Below, piece by piece: positions 30,701-40,854 of a stretch of 64,000 nt of DNA (positions are counted from its first letter, which is position 1; each line of letters starts with the position of its first letter). Origin of the DNA: Chitinophagaceae bacterium (GTDB lineage Bacteria > Bacteroidota > Bacteroidia > Chitinophagales > Chitinophagaceae); the NCBI GenBank assembly GCA_031400855.1, contig JANNQR010000045.1, forward strand, positions 690-64,689, in the 5' to 3' direction. A program made the position numbers and the translations under genes. Below the pieces are notes generated by a model. The model ran no database searches. It had not been told where the DNA came from and saw nothing but the letters and a program-made list of their open reading frames with translations.

Positions 30701-31131
30701 ACGGATCTCCGGTTCCGATCAGCGCATCATTGAATCCAGCAGTTAATACTAACACCCTGAGAGCTAATATTGACAATTTGGGTACATACCAGGCAACTTT
30801 AACAGATAAAAATGGTTGTGTCAATTCATCCAACATCCTTACCATTGGTTCAGAAGCATCAGACAATCTCTGGATTTATCCAAATCCAAACGGTGGTCAG
30901 TTCCAGGTGCGGTTGTATTACAGCGGTACACAGGCTGAAAGAAGAAAAGTTATTATCTACAATACGACTGGTCAATTGATGGCACAGAAAGAGTTTGACT
31001 TAGATTCAAACACGCCTCGTTACCTGAGTATGACTTTTGATCTTCCTTTACTCTCAAAAGGTACATATGTAGTGAAAGTTGTTGATAAGAATGGAGGAAC
31101 AGTAACTTCAGGTCTTGTGGCGATTCAATAA
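27757..31131 (+). CDS. Large T9SS-secreted surface protein: Cys-rich N-module, GEVED domain, Ig-like repeats, proprotein-convertase P-domain, CTD
   Basis: Signal peptide; GQVEDYTV (GEVED); HTWPGDL...GNWTIAIYD (P-domain); WIYPNPNGGQFQV...KGTYVVKV CTD. Confidence 0.85.
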   Translation: MQSKFTQKKSGYLCTRIIALALIFSASIQLSFAQENLTKANKLSPVEKSQQRIKNLAGIKANPKSDNDAGLPNRAITQLSNNPEAICTSWTVSITGADPTTTMRGFRDGVPKTCAAPGTCTAGIGGSFNYQIFQWTNPVAQCVTVTYTATNANFGFVTVHNAPPTLGNTCANWVADPGSSGTSGVPIVFSFNGTAGTTYYFFVTNVGAPPSNCTIQIDAPICSATPCAGTPNPGATTGPNAVCPTVPFTVGITNAQNFAGITYQWQSSLTGLPGSYANIGGATSSTYTTSITVPTWYQCIVTCTNSAQTVTSSPAKAVAINPPSACYCAGGATDVVDEKISRVRYNTIDNASTSTAGYENFTAISTTVIQGSTQPITVDISNFFTGDLVKVWIDFNQNGSFTDPGEMVVSTTNTTANPAIANIAIPLSSSIGPTRMRVRMYWSPADANPGPCGNTAYGQVEDYTVDIQPCIQGVFSTQPANQTIQCGGTASFSVTTAGSLLTYGWEYKTSAASVTWFNVANGGIYSGATTSTLTLTNVPQTFNGYVYRATILGPCTAIDFSSSATLSVGPYIVNVVPPSATICTGTLQPLTITNTLSSAVTTVFSSGAISIPIPDAVVAGINHTIPVSGISGLITDISVRFSIPIHTWPGDLCVVVRGPGGQILNLDYFITATGAGPGAGMVNTVLSSNGVPKLNTSSAPYTGTFAADAQMTPAAGLGNPPVGPTGFQTPLVNSFTGLANFANGTTANGNWTIAIYDGFGGDIGNLTNWQVSITYTAPIFAAGVWTSAPAAPPNTMWATAAGSGGPAYVAGTPATTIWVNPTVNTNYSVVVTTATPCVSAPTVVPVSVTNPVSGLVAPANRTVCVGTNTSFSVSPGGGPLTYQWEVSVNNGLTWSTIAGATAATLNLTAVTQLMNNNLYRVTVNASPCGAVTTAAARLNVNRLPVVTISSSTLQLVPGRIAIISGTSDTAAFSATSWSWTLNGSPVPISASLNPAVNTNTLRANIDNLGTYQATLTDKNGCVNSSNILTIGSEASDNLWIYPNPNGGQFQVRLYYSGTQAERRKVIIYNTTGQLMAQKEFDLDSNTPRYLSMTFDLPLLSKGTYVVKVVDKNGGTVTSGLVAIQ

Positions 31132-31153
31132 ATCATTCATGCTGTAAATTTTC

Positions 31154-31184
31154 AAAGCCCCCCGATCAATCGGGGGGCTTTTTT
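31154..31184 (+). terminator. Intrinsic terminator
   Basis: AAAGCCCCCCGA-TCAA-TCGGGGGGCTTT followed by TTT. Confidence 0.9.
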
Positions 31185-31194
31185 CATGATTTGA

Positions 31195-31416
31195 TTTTAT
31201 ACCAAATGGACTTTTATACCAAATAGACTTTAATACCAAATAGACTTTAAATTAATATCCTTGCCAGAGGTATTAATACCGATAGACAACAGGTATGACT
31301 GAAGGACATGCTTCTAATGTCGTATCGGTATAAATTAATATCCTTACCAGAGGTATTAATACCGATAGACAACAGGTATGATTGAAGGACATGCTTTTAA
31401 TGTCGTATCGGTATAA
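31195..31416 (+). repeat. Three 17-bp units plus two tandem 83-bp units
   Basis: TTT(T/A)ATACCAAAT(G/A)GAC three times (31195-31245); 83-mers at 31251-31333 and 31334-31416. Confidence 0.92.
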
Positions 31417-31693
31417 GTTGTGGCGTAACGGACATCCATACAAACGATTTTGGGAGATTCAAGGATATTTTTGCGAAATTTAGCAGTACTTCATTGGCAA
31501 ATTCACAATGTCAGCCCCTCATTCAATGGTTTTGCCAGGTAGCTGAAATAGTACTCCAAACCATAAATTTTGGTTGGAAATACTATCTTATTCAGGATAT
31601 TTTTTTTTATATCACAAAAAAATTTAACTTAGATTTTCGATTAAGGACTTTACCGGAGAAACTGGTAATAATCAATCATTTAAATTAACTCTT

Positions 31694-34600
31694 ATGCAAC
31701 CAAATTTTACTAAGCGAAGTTTTGGGTACTTTTGTTCAAGAATCATTGCGGTAGCATTGATTTTTACAGCAACTACTCAATTTTCTTTTTCTCAACAAAA
31801 ACGGTCCAATTCCCCGCAAGAAAAACCGGGGTATGAAAACACACTCAATTTTTTTCAGAAACAACAACTGCAGCAAGCGAAGGCAGGCATTAAAGATAAC
31901 GATGCCGGATTACCTAACAGCAGAGTGGTTGCTCCACCGAGAAACAGCCCTGAGGCTATTTGTACCACCTGGACAGTTTCAATTACTGGTGCTGATCCAA
32001 CTACAACGCAGAGGGGTTTCCGTGATGGTGTTCCTAAAACCTGTGCAGCTCCGGGAACTTGTACAGCCGGACTTAATGGCTCATTCAATTACCAGATTTT
32101 TCAATGGTTATGCCCGGTGGCTCAGTGCGTAACTGTTACTTATACTGCCACAAATGCCAGTTTTGGGTTTGTAACTGTGCATAATGCTCCTCCCACATTA
32201 GGAAACACTTGTGCAAACTGGGTAGCAGATCCGGGATCAAGTGGTACTTCTGGCGTTCCTATAGTTTTCTCATTTAATGGCACCGCTGGAACCACTTATT
32301 ATTTTATGGTTACAAACATAGGGGCACCACCTTCAAATTGCACCATTCAAATTGATGCCGGTGTTTGTTTTGCGGCTCCTTGTGCAGGAACACCTGCACC
32401 GGGCAATACAATTGCAACTCCAAATCCTGTTGGTGCGGGAGCTCCTTTTACGTTATCAGTACAAAATAACCCTCCGGCTTCAGGATTTACTTATGACTGG
32501 CAATCAGCTACAGCAGTAGGTGGCCCCTATACAACAATTAGTGGTGGCCCGGTTCCGGCAAGTACTTTTGTAACTTCTCAGGTAGTTGCAAGATATTATC
32601 AGTGTGTGGTGAGATGTACTGCAAGTGGTTTATCAGCTACATCAACTCCAGTACAGGTAAACCTGCTCGCATGCGGCTGGTCCGCTTCTACGGTTTCCCC
32701 GGTTTCTATATTGGATCAGGGAATTGTAGCTATTGGCTCTACTCTTTACAGTTTTGCAGGCGTAGGCGGTGGTGCGGTTATTGCCACTTCCAATAAGTTT
32801 GATGAAGCAACCTCTACCTGGTCACCCATAGCGCCAACGCCTCAGCCCCTGGAATATCCCGGAGTATGTACGGATGGTGTCAATTGTTATATTGCCGGGG
32901 GTGCATCATCTACGGGTGTTTCACTTACAACTTTTTACCGGTATAATGTGGCGTCAAATACCTATACAACTTTAGCTCCTTTCACTACCGGGGTTTGGAA
33001 TCCTTCATTAGTATTCCTGAACGGTAAGATCTATAAATTCTGCGGTACAGCCGCTGCTTCTACTGCCGTGATGGAAGTTTATGATGTTGCCACTAACACC
33101 TGGTCTCCGGGCACACCTTATCCGGTGGCTTTGAGTTTTGTCAGTGCTATTGCAAGCGGAGGAAAAATTTATGCGTGTGGTGGGGTAAATACTGCAGGCC
33201 TGGCCGCATCAAGCGCCACCTATGAATTTGACCCTGGAACAAATGCCTGGACTCTTAAGGCTCCTATGGCAGCCCAACACTGGGGCCATGCAGGCTCTTT
33301 TTATAATAATGGTTTTGCAGTGGCCGGTGGATATATCAATGGTGCAACCACTATTGGTACGAATGCTGAGCTATATAATATAGGATCCAATACATGGGGA
33401 CCTTTGCCTAATTTACCAATTGCTACTGCCCGTGTTGGCGGCGCTTCTACAGGTTTAGGTGGAAGTTTTTATGTAGTTGGTGGCCGTACTTTAGCATCGG
33501 CTGGTTTTAACGGCTCCACTCAAAACCAGAAATTATTCTGTATACCTCCAACGCCTTGTTCAGGTGCACCTGCACCGGGCAATACCATTGCTTCTACTAA
33601 CCCGGTATGTTCAGGATTTGCCTTTACATTGTCACTGGCTAACAATCCTTTCCAAAGCGGATTTACATACCAATGGCAATCAGGTCCTTCAGCAACTGGT
33701 CCATGGACAAATCTTCCTGGTACCAGTACCAATATTACTTATTCAGGAAGTCAAACCGGTGCTACCTGGTACAGGTGTTTAGTAACCTGTACTCCAAGTG
33801 CTCAAACAACGCCTTCTAATCCTGTACTGGTTGCAGATGGACAGGGTATATTTGTTACCCAACCTGTTAGTACAACAACTCAATGTAGTGGCTCGGCATC
33901 TTTCAGTTATACAGCAACTGGTAATTCACTCACATATGCCTGGGAATACAGAACCAGCCCAACCGGTTTTTGGTTTAATTTAGGCGCTACATTAAATGGG
34001 GCTACCGTAACAGGTATTACTACAAGCTCAATTACATTATCTAATGTACCTCAAAGCCTTAATGGATATCAGTTCAGAGGAACAATTATTGGCCCTTGTA
34101 CTGCAATTGATTTCTCCAATATTGTTACGCTTACAGTTACTCCGCTTATAGCAACACTCAATGTGGCATCTCCTGTAACAATATGTACCGGAACTGTAGT
34201 ACCATTAACGTTAACGAATGCGTCGTCTCCTGCTACTACTACTTTCGCTTCAGGACCAATATCAATTCAGATACCTGATTTAATCGGACCACCAGCTTCA
34301 TCTCCTGCGGTAACTGATGCAGGGATTAATCATACCATTCCTGTTGTATTACCTCTTGGTTCTGCAATTACAAGGATAGATGTAAGGGTCAACATCACGC
34401 ATACCTATGCGTCTGATCTGAAATTAGTTTTAAAGAACACAACAACCAACCAGGTATTGAACCTGTTTTATCATAAATCAGGAGCACAAACTGCTGGTGC
34501 AAACTTTACTAATACTGTTATAAGTTCAGCTGGCACTACACGTTTCAGTGCTGTTGCACCACCATTTACTGGTACATTCAGAGCAGACTGGGAAATTGGT

Positions 34601-35824
34601 GCAGGATCTTATGGGGATGCCAGCGGATCAGGCCCTACAGCTTTTCCACCAACAACCCAATCATGGAATACATTATGGGGTGGTGTTGATCAGGGAACTG
34701 GAAGCTGGATTTTAGCAATCAATGATTGCCAGGAGTGGGCAGGTGATATAGGTACATTGACTTCATGGTCGATGGATATTACCTACGGTGCACCTGCTGC
34801 AGGTACTTGGACACAGACTTCACCTGCAACACCAAATTCAATGTTTACCGACCCGGCTGGAACAATACCTTATGCCGGTGGTCTTGCAAATACAATTTAT
34901 GTGAAGCCTTTGGCAACAGCACCTTTTACTGGCAACAGTGCCACTTATTGTGTTGTTTACAGCACAGCAACACCGGCTTGTACCAGTAATCCTACATGTG
35001 TTACTGTAAATGTAACGAGTCCGATTACCGGCCTTACAGCACCTGCAAACAGAACTGTGTGTGTTGGTACAAATGCCAGCTTCAGTGTAACTCCTGGTGG
35101 TGGTCCGTTGACCTACCAGTGGGAAGTAAGTGTGAACAGTGGCCTTACTTGGTCACCAATCGCCGGAGCAACAGCAGCAACATTGAACCTCACAGCTGTT
35201 ACGCAGTTGATGAATAATAACCTGTATCGTGTTACTGTTAATGCTGCACCTTGCGGCGCTGTAACAACAGCTGCGGCTCGTCTTAATGTAAACCAATTAC
35301 CTGTTGTTACTATTTCATCCTCTACACTTCAGTTAGTACCGGGAAGGATAGCAACACTTACAGGAACCAGTTCACCAGCGCCATTCTCAGCTACCAGCTG
35401 GTCATGGACACGGAATGGTACTACAATTGCGGGAGTTACCGGTAATAGTACTACAGCAAATATTGATCAGCAGGGAGATTACCGTGCAACTGTTACAGAT
35501 ATTAATGGTTGTGTGAATTCATCCAACATTGTTACAATTGGTTCAGAAGCATCTGACAATCTGTGGATTTATCCAAATCCAAACGGTGGCCAGTTCCAGG
35601 TTCGGTTGTATTACAGTGGTGTGCAGGCTGAAAGAAGAAAAGTTATTATCTACAATGCGGCTGGTCAATTCGTGGCACAGAAAGAGTTTGATCTCGATTC
35701 AAACACGCCTCGTTACCTGAGTATGGCTTTTGATCTTCCTTTGCTTGCAGCTGGTAATTATGCAGTTCAGGTTGTTGATAAATACGGTGCTAGAAAAACT
35801 AGCGGTATTATGGTGATACAATAA
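31694..35824 (+). CDS. Large T9SS-secreted paralogue: same N-module, Kelch beta-propeller, Ig-like repeats, P-domain, CTD
   Basis: Kelch repeats (YSFAGVGG, YIAGG, YKFCG, YACGG, AVAGG, YVVGG with W/Y at blade ends); HTYASDL...GSWILAIND; WIYPNPNGGQFQV CTD. Confidence 0.85.
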   Translation: MQPNFTKRSFGYFCSRIIAVALIFTATTQFSFSQQKRSNSPQEKPGYENTLNFFQKQQLQQAKAGIKDNDAGLPNSRVVAPPRNSPEAICTTWTVSITGADPTTTQRGFRDGVPKTCAAPGTCTAGLNGSFNYQIFQWLCPVAQCVTVTYTATNASFGFVTVHNAPPTLGNTCANWVADPGSSGTSGVPIVFSFNGTAGTTYYFMVTNIGAPPSNCTIQIDAGVCFAAPCAGTPAPGNTIATPNPVGAGAPFTLSVQNNPPASGFTYDWQSATAVGGPYTTISGGPVPASTFVTSQVVARYYQCVVRCTASGLSATSTPVQVNLLACGWSASTVSPVSILDQGIVAIGSTLYSFAGVGGGAVIATSNKFDEATSTWSPIAPTPQPLEYPGVCTDGVNCYIAGGASSTGVSLTTFYRYNVASNTYTTLAPFTTGVWNPSLVFLNGKIYKFCGTAAASTAVMEVYDVATNTWSPGTPYPVALSFVSAIASGGKIYACGGVNTAGLAASSATYEFDPGTNAWTLKAPMAAQHWGHAGSFYNNGFAVAGGYINGATTIGTNAELYNIGSNTWGPLPNLPIATARVGGASTGLGGSFYVVGGRTLASAGFNGSTQNQKLFCIPPTPCSGAPAPGNTIASTNPVCSGFAFTLSLANNPFQSGFTYQWQSGPSATGPWTNLPGTSTNITYSGSQTGATWYRCLVTCTPSAQTTPSNPVLVADGQGIFVTQPVSTTTQCSGSASFSYTATGNSLTYAWEYRTSPTGFWFNLGATLNGATVTGITTSSITLSNVPQSLNGYQFRGTIIGPCTAIDFSNIVTLTVTPLIATLNVASPVTICTGTVVPLTLTNASSPATTTFASGPISIQIPDLIGPPASSPAVTDAGINHTIPVVLPLGSAITRIDVRVNITHTYASDLKLVLKNTTTNQVLNLFYHKSGAQTAGANFTNTVISSAGTTRFSAVAPPFTGTFRADWEIGAGSYGDASGSGPTAFPPTTQSWNTLWGGVDQGTGSWILAINDCQEWAGDIGTLTSWSMDITYGAPAAGTWTQTSPATPNSMFTDPAGTIPYAGGLANTIYVKPLATAPFTGNSATYCVVYSTATPACTSNPTCVTVNVTSPITGLTAPANRTVCVGTNASFSVTPGGGPLTYQWEVSVNSGLTWSPIAGATAATLNLTAVTQLMNNNLYRVTVNAAPCGAVTTAAARLNVNQLPVVTISSSTLQLVPGRIATLTGTSSPAPFSATSWSWTRNGTTIAGVTGNSTTANIDQQGDYRATVTDINGCVNSSNIVTIGSEASDNLWIYPNPNGGQFQVRLYYSGVQAERRKVIIYNAAGQFVAQKEFDLDSNTPRYLSMAFDLPLLAAGNYAVQVVDKYGARKTSGIMVIQ

Positions 35825-35846
35825 ATCAAACAATTATAGCATGTTC

Positions 35847-35876
35847 AAAACCCCGACCAACGTGTCGGGGTTTTTT
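35847..35876 (+). terminator. Intrinsic terminator
   Basis: AAAACCCCGAC-CAACGT-GTCGGGGTTTT followed by TT. Confidence 0.88.
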
Positions 35877-35894
35877 ATTTTGTCTTGTGAAGAT

Positions 35895-36140
35895 TTTATA
35901 GAATTGCGATTGAATTTTTAAAAATCATGGCAATTGGTATAATACCAAATAGACTTTAAATTAATATCCTTGCCTGAGGTATTAATACCGATAGACAACA
36001 GGTATGACTGAAGGACATGCTTTTAATGTCGTATCGGTATAATACCAAATAGACTTTAAATTAATATCCTTGCCAGAGGTATTAATACCGATAGACAACA
36101 GGTATGACTGAAGGACATGCTTTTAATGTCGTATCGGTAT
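35895..36140 (+). repeat. Chain of ATACC...GGTAT mini-elements including two exact 100-bp tandem units
   Basis: 35941-36040 and 36041-36140 differ by 1 nt; preceded by TATAGAATTGC...GCAATTGGTAT; units join at GGTAT^AATACC. Confidence 0.9.
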
Positions 36141-36144
36141 AAAC

Positions 36145-36347
36145 AGATTGCCCGCCCGGACGAATGGTCGGACAGGCTTCGGGCTTTTCAATATACTGTG
36201 TGGTTTCATTCGTTTGTTGCCCGGCTTCTCAAGGACGAGACTACGAAGTCGGAACGACCGGCCACGACACCGGAGTCTCGTCCTTGCGAGGGTTGCCATA
36301 GCGAATTTCTATACCTGATAAATTTCTGAAGCAACCCGAAGCAAACT
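36145..36347. mobile_element. REPIN-like dyad element with a nested palindrome
   Basis: AGATTG[CCCGCCCGGACGAATGGTCGGACAGG]CTTCGGG ... CCCGAAGCAAACT outer arms; inner arms CTCAAGGACGAG / CTCGTCCTTGCGAG. Confidence 0.65.
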
Positions 36348-36475
36348 ATTTAAAATGCATAATACCAATTCTCTTAGGGTGTATTTTTAAAGTCTAATTG
36401 GATAAAGGGAAATAGATAACCTGAAAATTGTTAGTTAACCATCAGGTACTATTAGTAAGAAATTGGCTGTAAAGA

Positions 36476-36868
36476 TTAATTAGCAATGATCATCCGGTAA
36501 GGTTTCACTGCATTTGGAATTATTCCCGGAGTATTATTTTTGAAAGCGAGTGTCTCAAAATACTTGTCAGGAAGTGAAATATTCGGCATATTATTTCGAT
36601 TAATGCCCGGAACTACACAAGGCATATTATCCTGTGGCAAAAGATAAACCTTGTCTCCATTTGGTAGAATATGGGATAAGTTTACACCTGACGTATGAGA
36701 GCCTTTTAAAAAATACGTATTAATTTCTACAGGGCCTGCTGATTTTCCTGCAGCTTTATTTTTATTTAATAATCCCTGAATGTGTCTGTTAACATCAAAC
36801 ACATCTTTTTGCTGTGCTGAAGCCGAAGAAAAAGTGGCAACTCCGAAAAGAAGAAAAATCTTTTTCAT
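36476..36868 (-). CDS. Hypothetical exported protein
   Basis: Signal peptide MKKIFLLFGVATFSSASAQ; PQDNMPCVVP...NMP motif; function unknown. Confidence 0.75.
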   Translation of the reverse strand: MKKIFLLFGVATFSSASAQQKDVFDVNRHIQGLLNKNKAAGKSAGPVEINTYFLKGSHTSGVNLSHILPNGDKVYLLPQDNMPCVVPGINRNNMPNISLPDKYFETLAFKNNTPGIIPNAVKPYRMIIAN

Positions 36869-36900
36869 AAACTTTGGGTTTAGACAACTTGAAAGTACAA

Positions 36901-38553
36901 TTATTTTTTCATCTGTTTCCAGGCATTGATTAATCCATTGGTAGAAGAATCATGATTAATCACCAGTTCATTTGTAATTAACTCAGGTAAAATTTTATTG
37001 GCTAATTGTTTGCCCAATTCTACTCCCCACTGATCAAAGCTGTAAATATTCCAGATAACGCCCTGTACAAATATCTTATGTTCATAAAGTGCAATTAATT
37101 CTCCCAGTGTGTAAGGCGTAATTTTTTTTATCAGAAAAGAGTTGGTGGGTTTGTTACCGGAAAAAATCTTATAAGGAAGTAGCTTTGCTATGTCTTCAGT
37201 TGAAAGCCCTTGCTTCTCCAATTCTTTTTCAGCATCGTCTTCTGTTTTGCCATTCATGAGGGCTTCTGTTTGTGCAAAAAAATTACTCAACAATTTTGTA
37301 TGATGGTCACCGACGGGATTGTGACTTTGTGCAGGAGCAATAAAGTCACAGGGGATTAACGGCGTTCCCTGGTGTATCAACTGATAAAAAGCATGTTGCC
37401 CGTTGGTACCGGGTTCGCCCCAGATAACCGGCCCCGTTGCATATTCAACTGGTTCACCATTTCTGTCAATGCTTTTGCCATTACTTTCCATATTACCTTG
37501 TTGAAAGTAGGCTGCAAAACGGTGCATGTACTGGTCGTAAGGAAGTATTGCTTCTGACTGTGCACCGAAAAAGTTGGTGTACCATATTCCCAGAAGAGCC
37601 ATCAGTACAGGAATGTTTTTTTCAAAAGCTTCAGTAGCAAAATGATTATCTGAGTTGTGGGCTCCTTTCAATAATTGTTCAAAATTTTTATAACCAATTG
37701 TCAATGCGATAGATAGTCCAATGGCACTCCATAAAGAGTAACGGCCACCCACCCAGTCCCAGAATTCAAACATGTTCTTTTTGTCAATACCAAATTTCAC
37801 TACCTCTTTTTCGTTGGTGGATAAGGCAATGAAATGTTTGGCAATATGTTTTTCGTTTTTTGCTTTTTTCAGGAACCATTCCCTTGCCGTATGTGCATTG
37901 GTCATGGTTTCCTGGGTAGTGAATGTTTTGGACGCAATGAGGAATAAAGTTCGTTCTGGCTTTACTTTCTTTAAGGTTTCAGCGATATGTGTGCCATCAA
38001 TATTAGAAACAAAGTAAGTTTCTATATCATCAACCCAATATGGTTTCAAGGCTTCGGTAACCATTTGCGGACCCAGGTCGCTGCCACCGATGCCGATATT
38101 GACAATGTATTTTATTTTCTTATCGGTATACCCCCTCAATTTTCCGCTATGCACCGCATTTGAAAAAGTTTTCATTTTGCGAAGTACCTTCTTTACTCCA
38201 GGCATCACATCATTTCCTTCGGCAAATATGGGACGATCAGAAAAATTTCGCAAAGCAATATGAAGTACGGAACGTTTCTCTGTCTCATTAATCAGGTCGC
38301 CATTCAGCATAGCATTAATACCTTCTTTTAACTTACATTCTTTGGCGAGTTGTAACAACAATTGAATGGTTGTGTCAGTAATAATATTCTTGGAATAATC
38401 AAACAACAGTTCATTCTGGCAAAGCGAATATTTTTTAAAGCGATTATCATCATCATGAAATAATTCCCGCAGGTGAATATTTTTCATCAATGAAAAATGT
38501 GTTTGTAATGCAGCCCAGGCTTTGGTTGATGTTGGATTAACTTTTGGTAACAT
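36901..38553 (-). CDS. pgi: Glucose-6-phosphate isomerase
   Basis: [58 protein letters not shown]. Confidence 0.98.
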   Translation of the reverse strand: MLPKVNPTSTKAWAALQTHFSLMKNIHLRELFHDDDNRFKKYSLCQNELLFDYSKNIITDTTIQLLLQLAKECKLKEGINAMLNGDLINETEKRSVLHIALRNFSDRPIFAEGNDVMPGVKKVLRKMKTFSNAVHSGKLRGYTDKKIKYIVNIGIGGSDLGPQMVTEALKPYWVDDIETYFVSNIDGTHIAETLKKVKPERTLFLIASKTFTTQETMTNAHTAREWFLKKAKNEKHIAKHFIALSTNEKEVVKFGIDKKNMFEFWDWVGGRYSLWSAIGLSIALTIGYKNFEQLLKGAHNSDNHFATEAFEKNIPVLMALLGIWYTNFFGAQSEAILPYDQYMHRFAAYFQQGNMESNGKSIDRNGEPVEYATGPVIWGEPGTNGQHAFYQLIHQGTPLIPCDFIAPAQSHNPVGDHHTKLLSNFFAQTEALMNGKTEDDAEKELEKQGLSTEDIAKLLPYKIFSGNKPTNSFLIKKITPYTLGELIALYEHKIFVQGVIWNIYSFDQWGVELGKQLANKILPELITNELVINHDSSTNGLINAWKQMKK

Positions 38554-38566
38554 AACTTCTTCGGTA

Positions 38567-39583
38567 TTATAGTTGGTTGAATGCTTCGATGGTTTTTGTC
38601 ACCATTTCTTTACTGATATCAAGATGGACAACTAATCGTACTCTGCTGGGAGAAATAGCATATCCTAAAATAGAATGTTCTTTTAGCTTAGCTACCAGGT
38701 CAGGTGCTGTTATGTTCTCCTTTAATTCAAATATGATGATATTCGTTTCAACCGGCAGCACCAGTTTTACAAATTCTTTTGTTGCAATAGCCTCAGCTAT
38801 CTGCCTGGTATGCAGATGGTCTTCTGCAAGCCGTTCAATATTATTTTGCAACGCATAGATACCGGCAGCAGCGATAAAACCAGCTTGTCGCATGCCTCCT
38901 CCAAATACTTTTCTTATCCTTCTTCCTTTTTTTATAATATCTTTTTTGCCGAGCAGTAAACTTCCTACCGGGCAGCCTAAACTTTTACTAAGACAAATGG
39001 AAATGCTGTCAAATGCTTCTCCGTATTGTTTGGGTGTTTCCTTCTTTGCCACCAAAGCATTCCATAACCTTGCACCATCTAAGTGGAAGGCAAGGCTTTT
39101 TTCTTTGCAAACGGCCTGTATCTTTTTTATTTCATCGAAATCATAACAACTCCCGCCGCCCCGATTGGAAGTATTCTCCAATGAAACCAAGCTGGTATGT
39201 GCCCGGTGTGCATCATCCGGCTGAATTACTGCGGTTACCTGTTCTGCAGTTATTCTTCCAAAATTTCCCAGCAATAATTTTACTGAGGCACCTGAGTTAA
39301 AAGCAATACCGCCACCTTCATATTGGTACACATGGGAGCTTTCGTCACAGATCACCTCATCGCCGGGTTGTGTATGGCATTTGATGGCAATCTGGTTGGT
39401 CATTGTACCCGACGGGCAGAAAAGTGCTGCTTTCATGCCAAACATATCAGCGGCCATATTTTCCAGTTCGTTAATGGAGGGATCTTCACCAAACACATCA
39501 TCGCCTACTTTGGCCTTCATCATGGCTTCCAGCATAGCGGGGGTGGGCTTGGTAACAGTATCAGACCGGAAATCAATAATCAT
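38567..39583 (-). CDS. ltaE: Low-specificity L-threonine aldolase
   Basis: [54 protein letters not shown]; start set at ATG 39583 (MIIDFRSD). Confidence 0.95.
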   Translation of the reverse strand: MIIDFRSDTVTKPTPAMLEAMMKAKVGDDVFGEDPSINELENMAADMFGMKAALFCPSGTMTNQIAIKCHTQPGDEVICDESSHVYQYEGGGIAFNSGASVKLLLGNFGRITAEQVTAVIQPDDAHRAHTSLVSLENTSNRGGGSCYDFDEIKKIQAVCKEKSLAFHLDGARLWNALVAKKETPKQYGEAFDSISICLSKSLGCPVGSLLLGKKDIIKKGRRIRKVFGGGMRQAGFIAAAGIYALQNNIERLAEDHLHTRQIAEAIATKEFVKLVLPVETNIIIFELKENITAPDLVAKLKEHSILGYAISPSRVRLVVHLDISKEMVTKTIEAFNQL

Positions 39584-39684
39584 TGCTAAAAATTTATTTG
39601 CAATATACTCCGTTCGCCCCTGAAAAAGCACAGTTTGCGAACCTGTAAATATAGATTAAGCCCCATTTACTAACTTGGCATTTT

Positions 39685-40854
39685 ATGAAAGAACCCTCAG
39701 TACTGGAGTATGTATTATTAATTACCGGATGCCTGGCTTTTGGTGGCGCAGGACTTTATCTGCTTGCACGGTTTGGTGCAATTTTAAAGCGAAACATTAA
39801 AAATGAGATCCTTAGAAAGAATATAGTCGTATGGCTGATCGTTTTTTGCATTTCAAATGCTTTACTGCCGATGAACGGTGCCTTTTTTTACCTGCTTAAT
39901 AAATTTGGTTGGGGCTGGATGATTTATGGGCAATTAATTTCTGCAACTGCATCAACACTGATTATTTACAATCTTGTAAGGGTTGTGTCTCAAAATAAGG
40001 CGTTTAAAAAATTGTCTTTTACGCTGCAAACTTTAATTGTATTAGTTTCCCTGATCATAAGTACCATTGCCGTTAACCTGCCATTGAGTTATTTTTTGTT
40101 TGGCACTGAGGCAAAATCGCTGATAAAATATATCACCACAAACGCCTTTTATATAGCTACAATTACCGGCCTTATATATGGAGTTATTAGTTATCTTGAT
40201 ATTGAACGTACCCGTAAGTTTAACGAAAAAGAGCTTGAACTGAGCCGCCTCCGTGAATTGAAAACAAAAGCGGAGTTGGAAGCTCTTCATTCGAAAATTA
40301 ACCCTCATTTCCTGTACAATGCTTTGAATTCAATTGGTGATCTTTCTGTTACCGATGGAAAAAAGGCAAGAAAAATGACGATAGCCTTATCAGATCTGTT
40401 TCGTTATAGTATCAATTACAGCAATAATAATTTTTCGACTGTAAGGGATGAAGTAGAAATGGCGAATGTTTATTTGCAAATAGAAAAAATCAGATTTGAA
40501 GATAATTTGAATTACTCACTAAAGGTGGAAGATGAACTGAATTACTATTTGGTCCCGAGGTTTGTGCTGCAACCCCTAGTAGAGAATGCGGTAAAGCATG
40601 GATTAAAAGCAACCGGGCAGATGACAGAGATAAATCTTGAAGTGAAAAGAAGTGGCAACGGGTTGGTAATTAATATTGCTGACACAGGCCCTGCTTTTCC
40701 GGATGAAATAAATCCCGGTTATGGTGTAAAAAGTGTGTATGATAAACTGGATCTTCTATTTCCCGGAAACTATGAAATGCACTTTAGCAATAATCCGGTA
40801 AAGCAGGTATCACTTTATATTCATAAATTGACAAAAGATGAATCAGCTATTTAA
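39685..40854 (+). CDS. LytS/YehU-family sensor histidine kinase
   Basis: Several TM segments; LHSKINPHFLYNALNSI, LFRYS, IEKIRF, LQPLVENAVKHG. Confidence 0.93.
   Translation: MKEPSVLEYVLLITGCLAFGGAGLYLLARFGAILKRNIKNEILRKNIVVWLIVFCISNALLPMNGAFFYLLNKFGWGWMIYGQLISATASTLIIYNLVRVVSQNKAFKKLSFTLQTLIVLVSLIISTIAVNLPLSYFLFGTEAKSLIKYITTNAFYIATITGLIYGVISYLDIERTRKFNEKELELSRLRELKTKAELEALHSKINPHFLYNALNSIGDLSVTDGKKARKMTIALSDLFRYSINYSNNNFSTVRDEVEMANVYLQIEKIRFEDNLNYSLKVEDELNYYLVPRFVLQPLVENAVKHGLKATGQMTEINLEVKRSGNGLVINIADTGPAFPDEINPGYGVKSVYDKLDLLFPGNYEMHFSNNPVKQVSLYIHKLTKDESAI

Noticed and set aside
31195-31416. Tandem 83-bp and 17-bp repeats as a CRISPR array
   Set aside because: Units are contiguous with no unique spacers, the lengths do not fit CRISPR repeats, and there are no cas genes in the window.
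27757-35824. Diversity-generating retroelement acting on the paralogues
   Set aside because: No reverse transcriptase in the window; differences between shared blocks are mostly synonymous third-position changes, not adenine-specific.
35941-36140. 83-bp hairpins as integron attC sites
   Set aside because: There is an imperfect palindrome with an extrahelical G, but no RYYYAAC/GTTRRRY ends, no cassette ORFs between units and no integrase.
36117-36329. ORF-track peptides at 21921-22139, 36117-36329 and 45346-45549
   Set aside because: They are chance translations of palindromic repeat clusters, with no initiation context or protein-like features.
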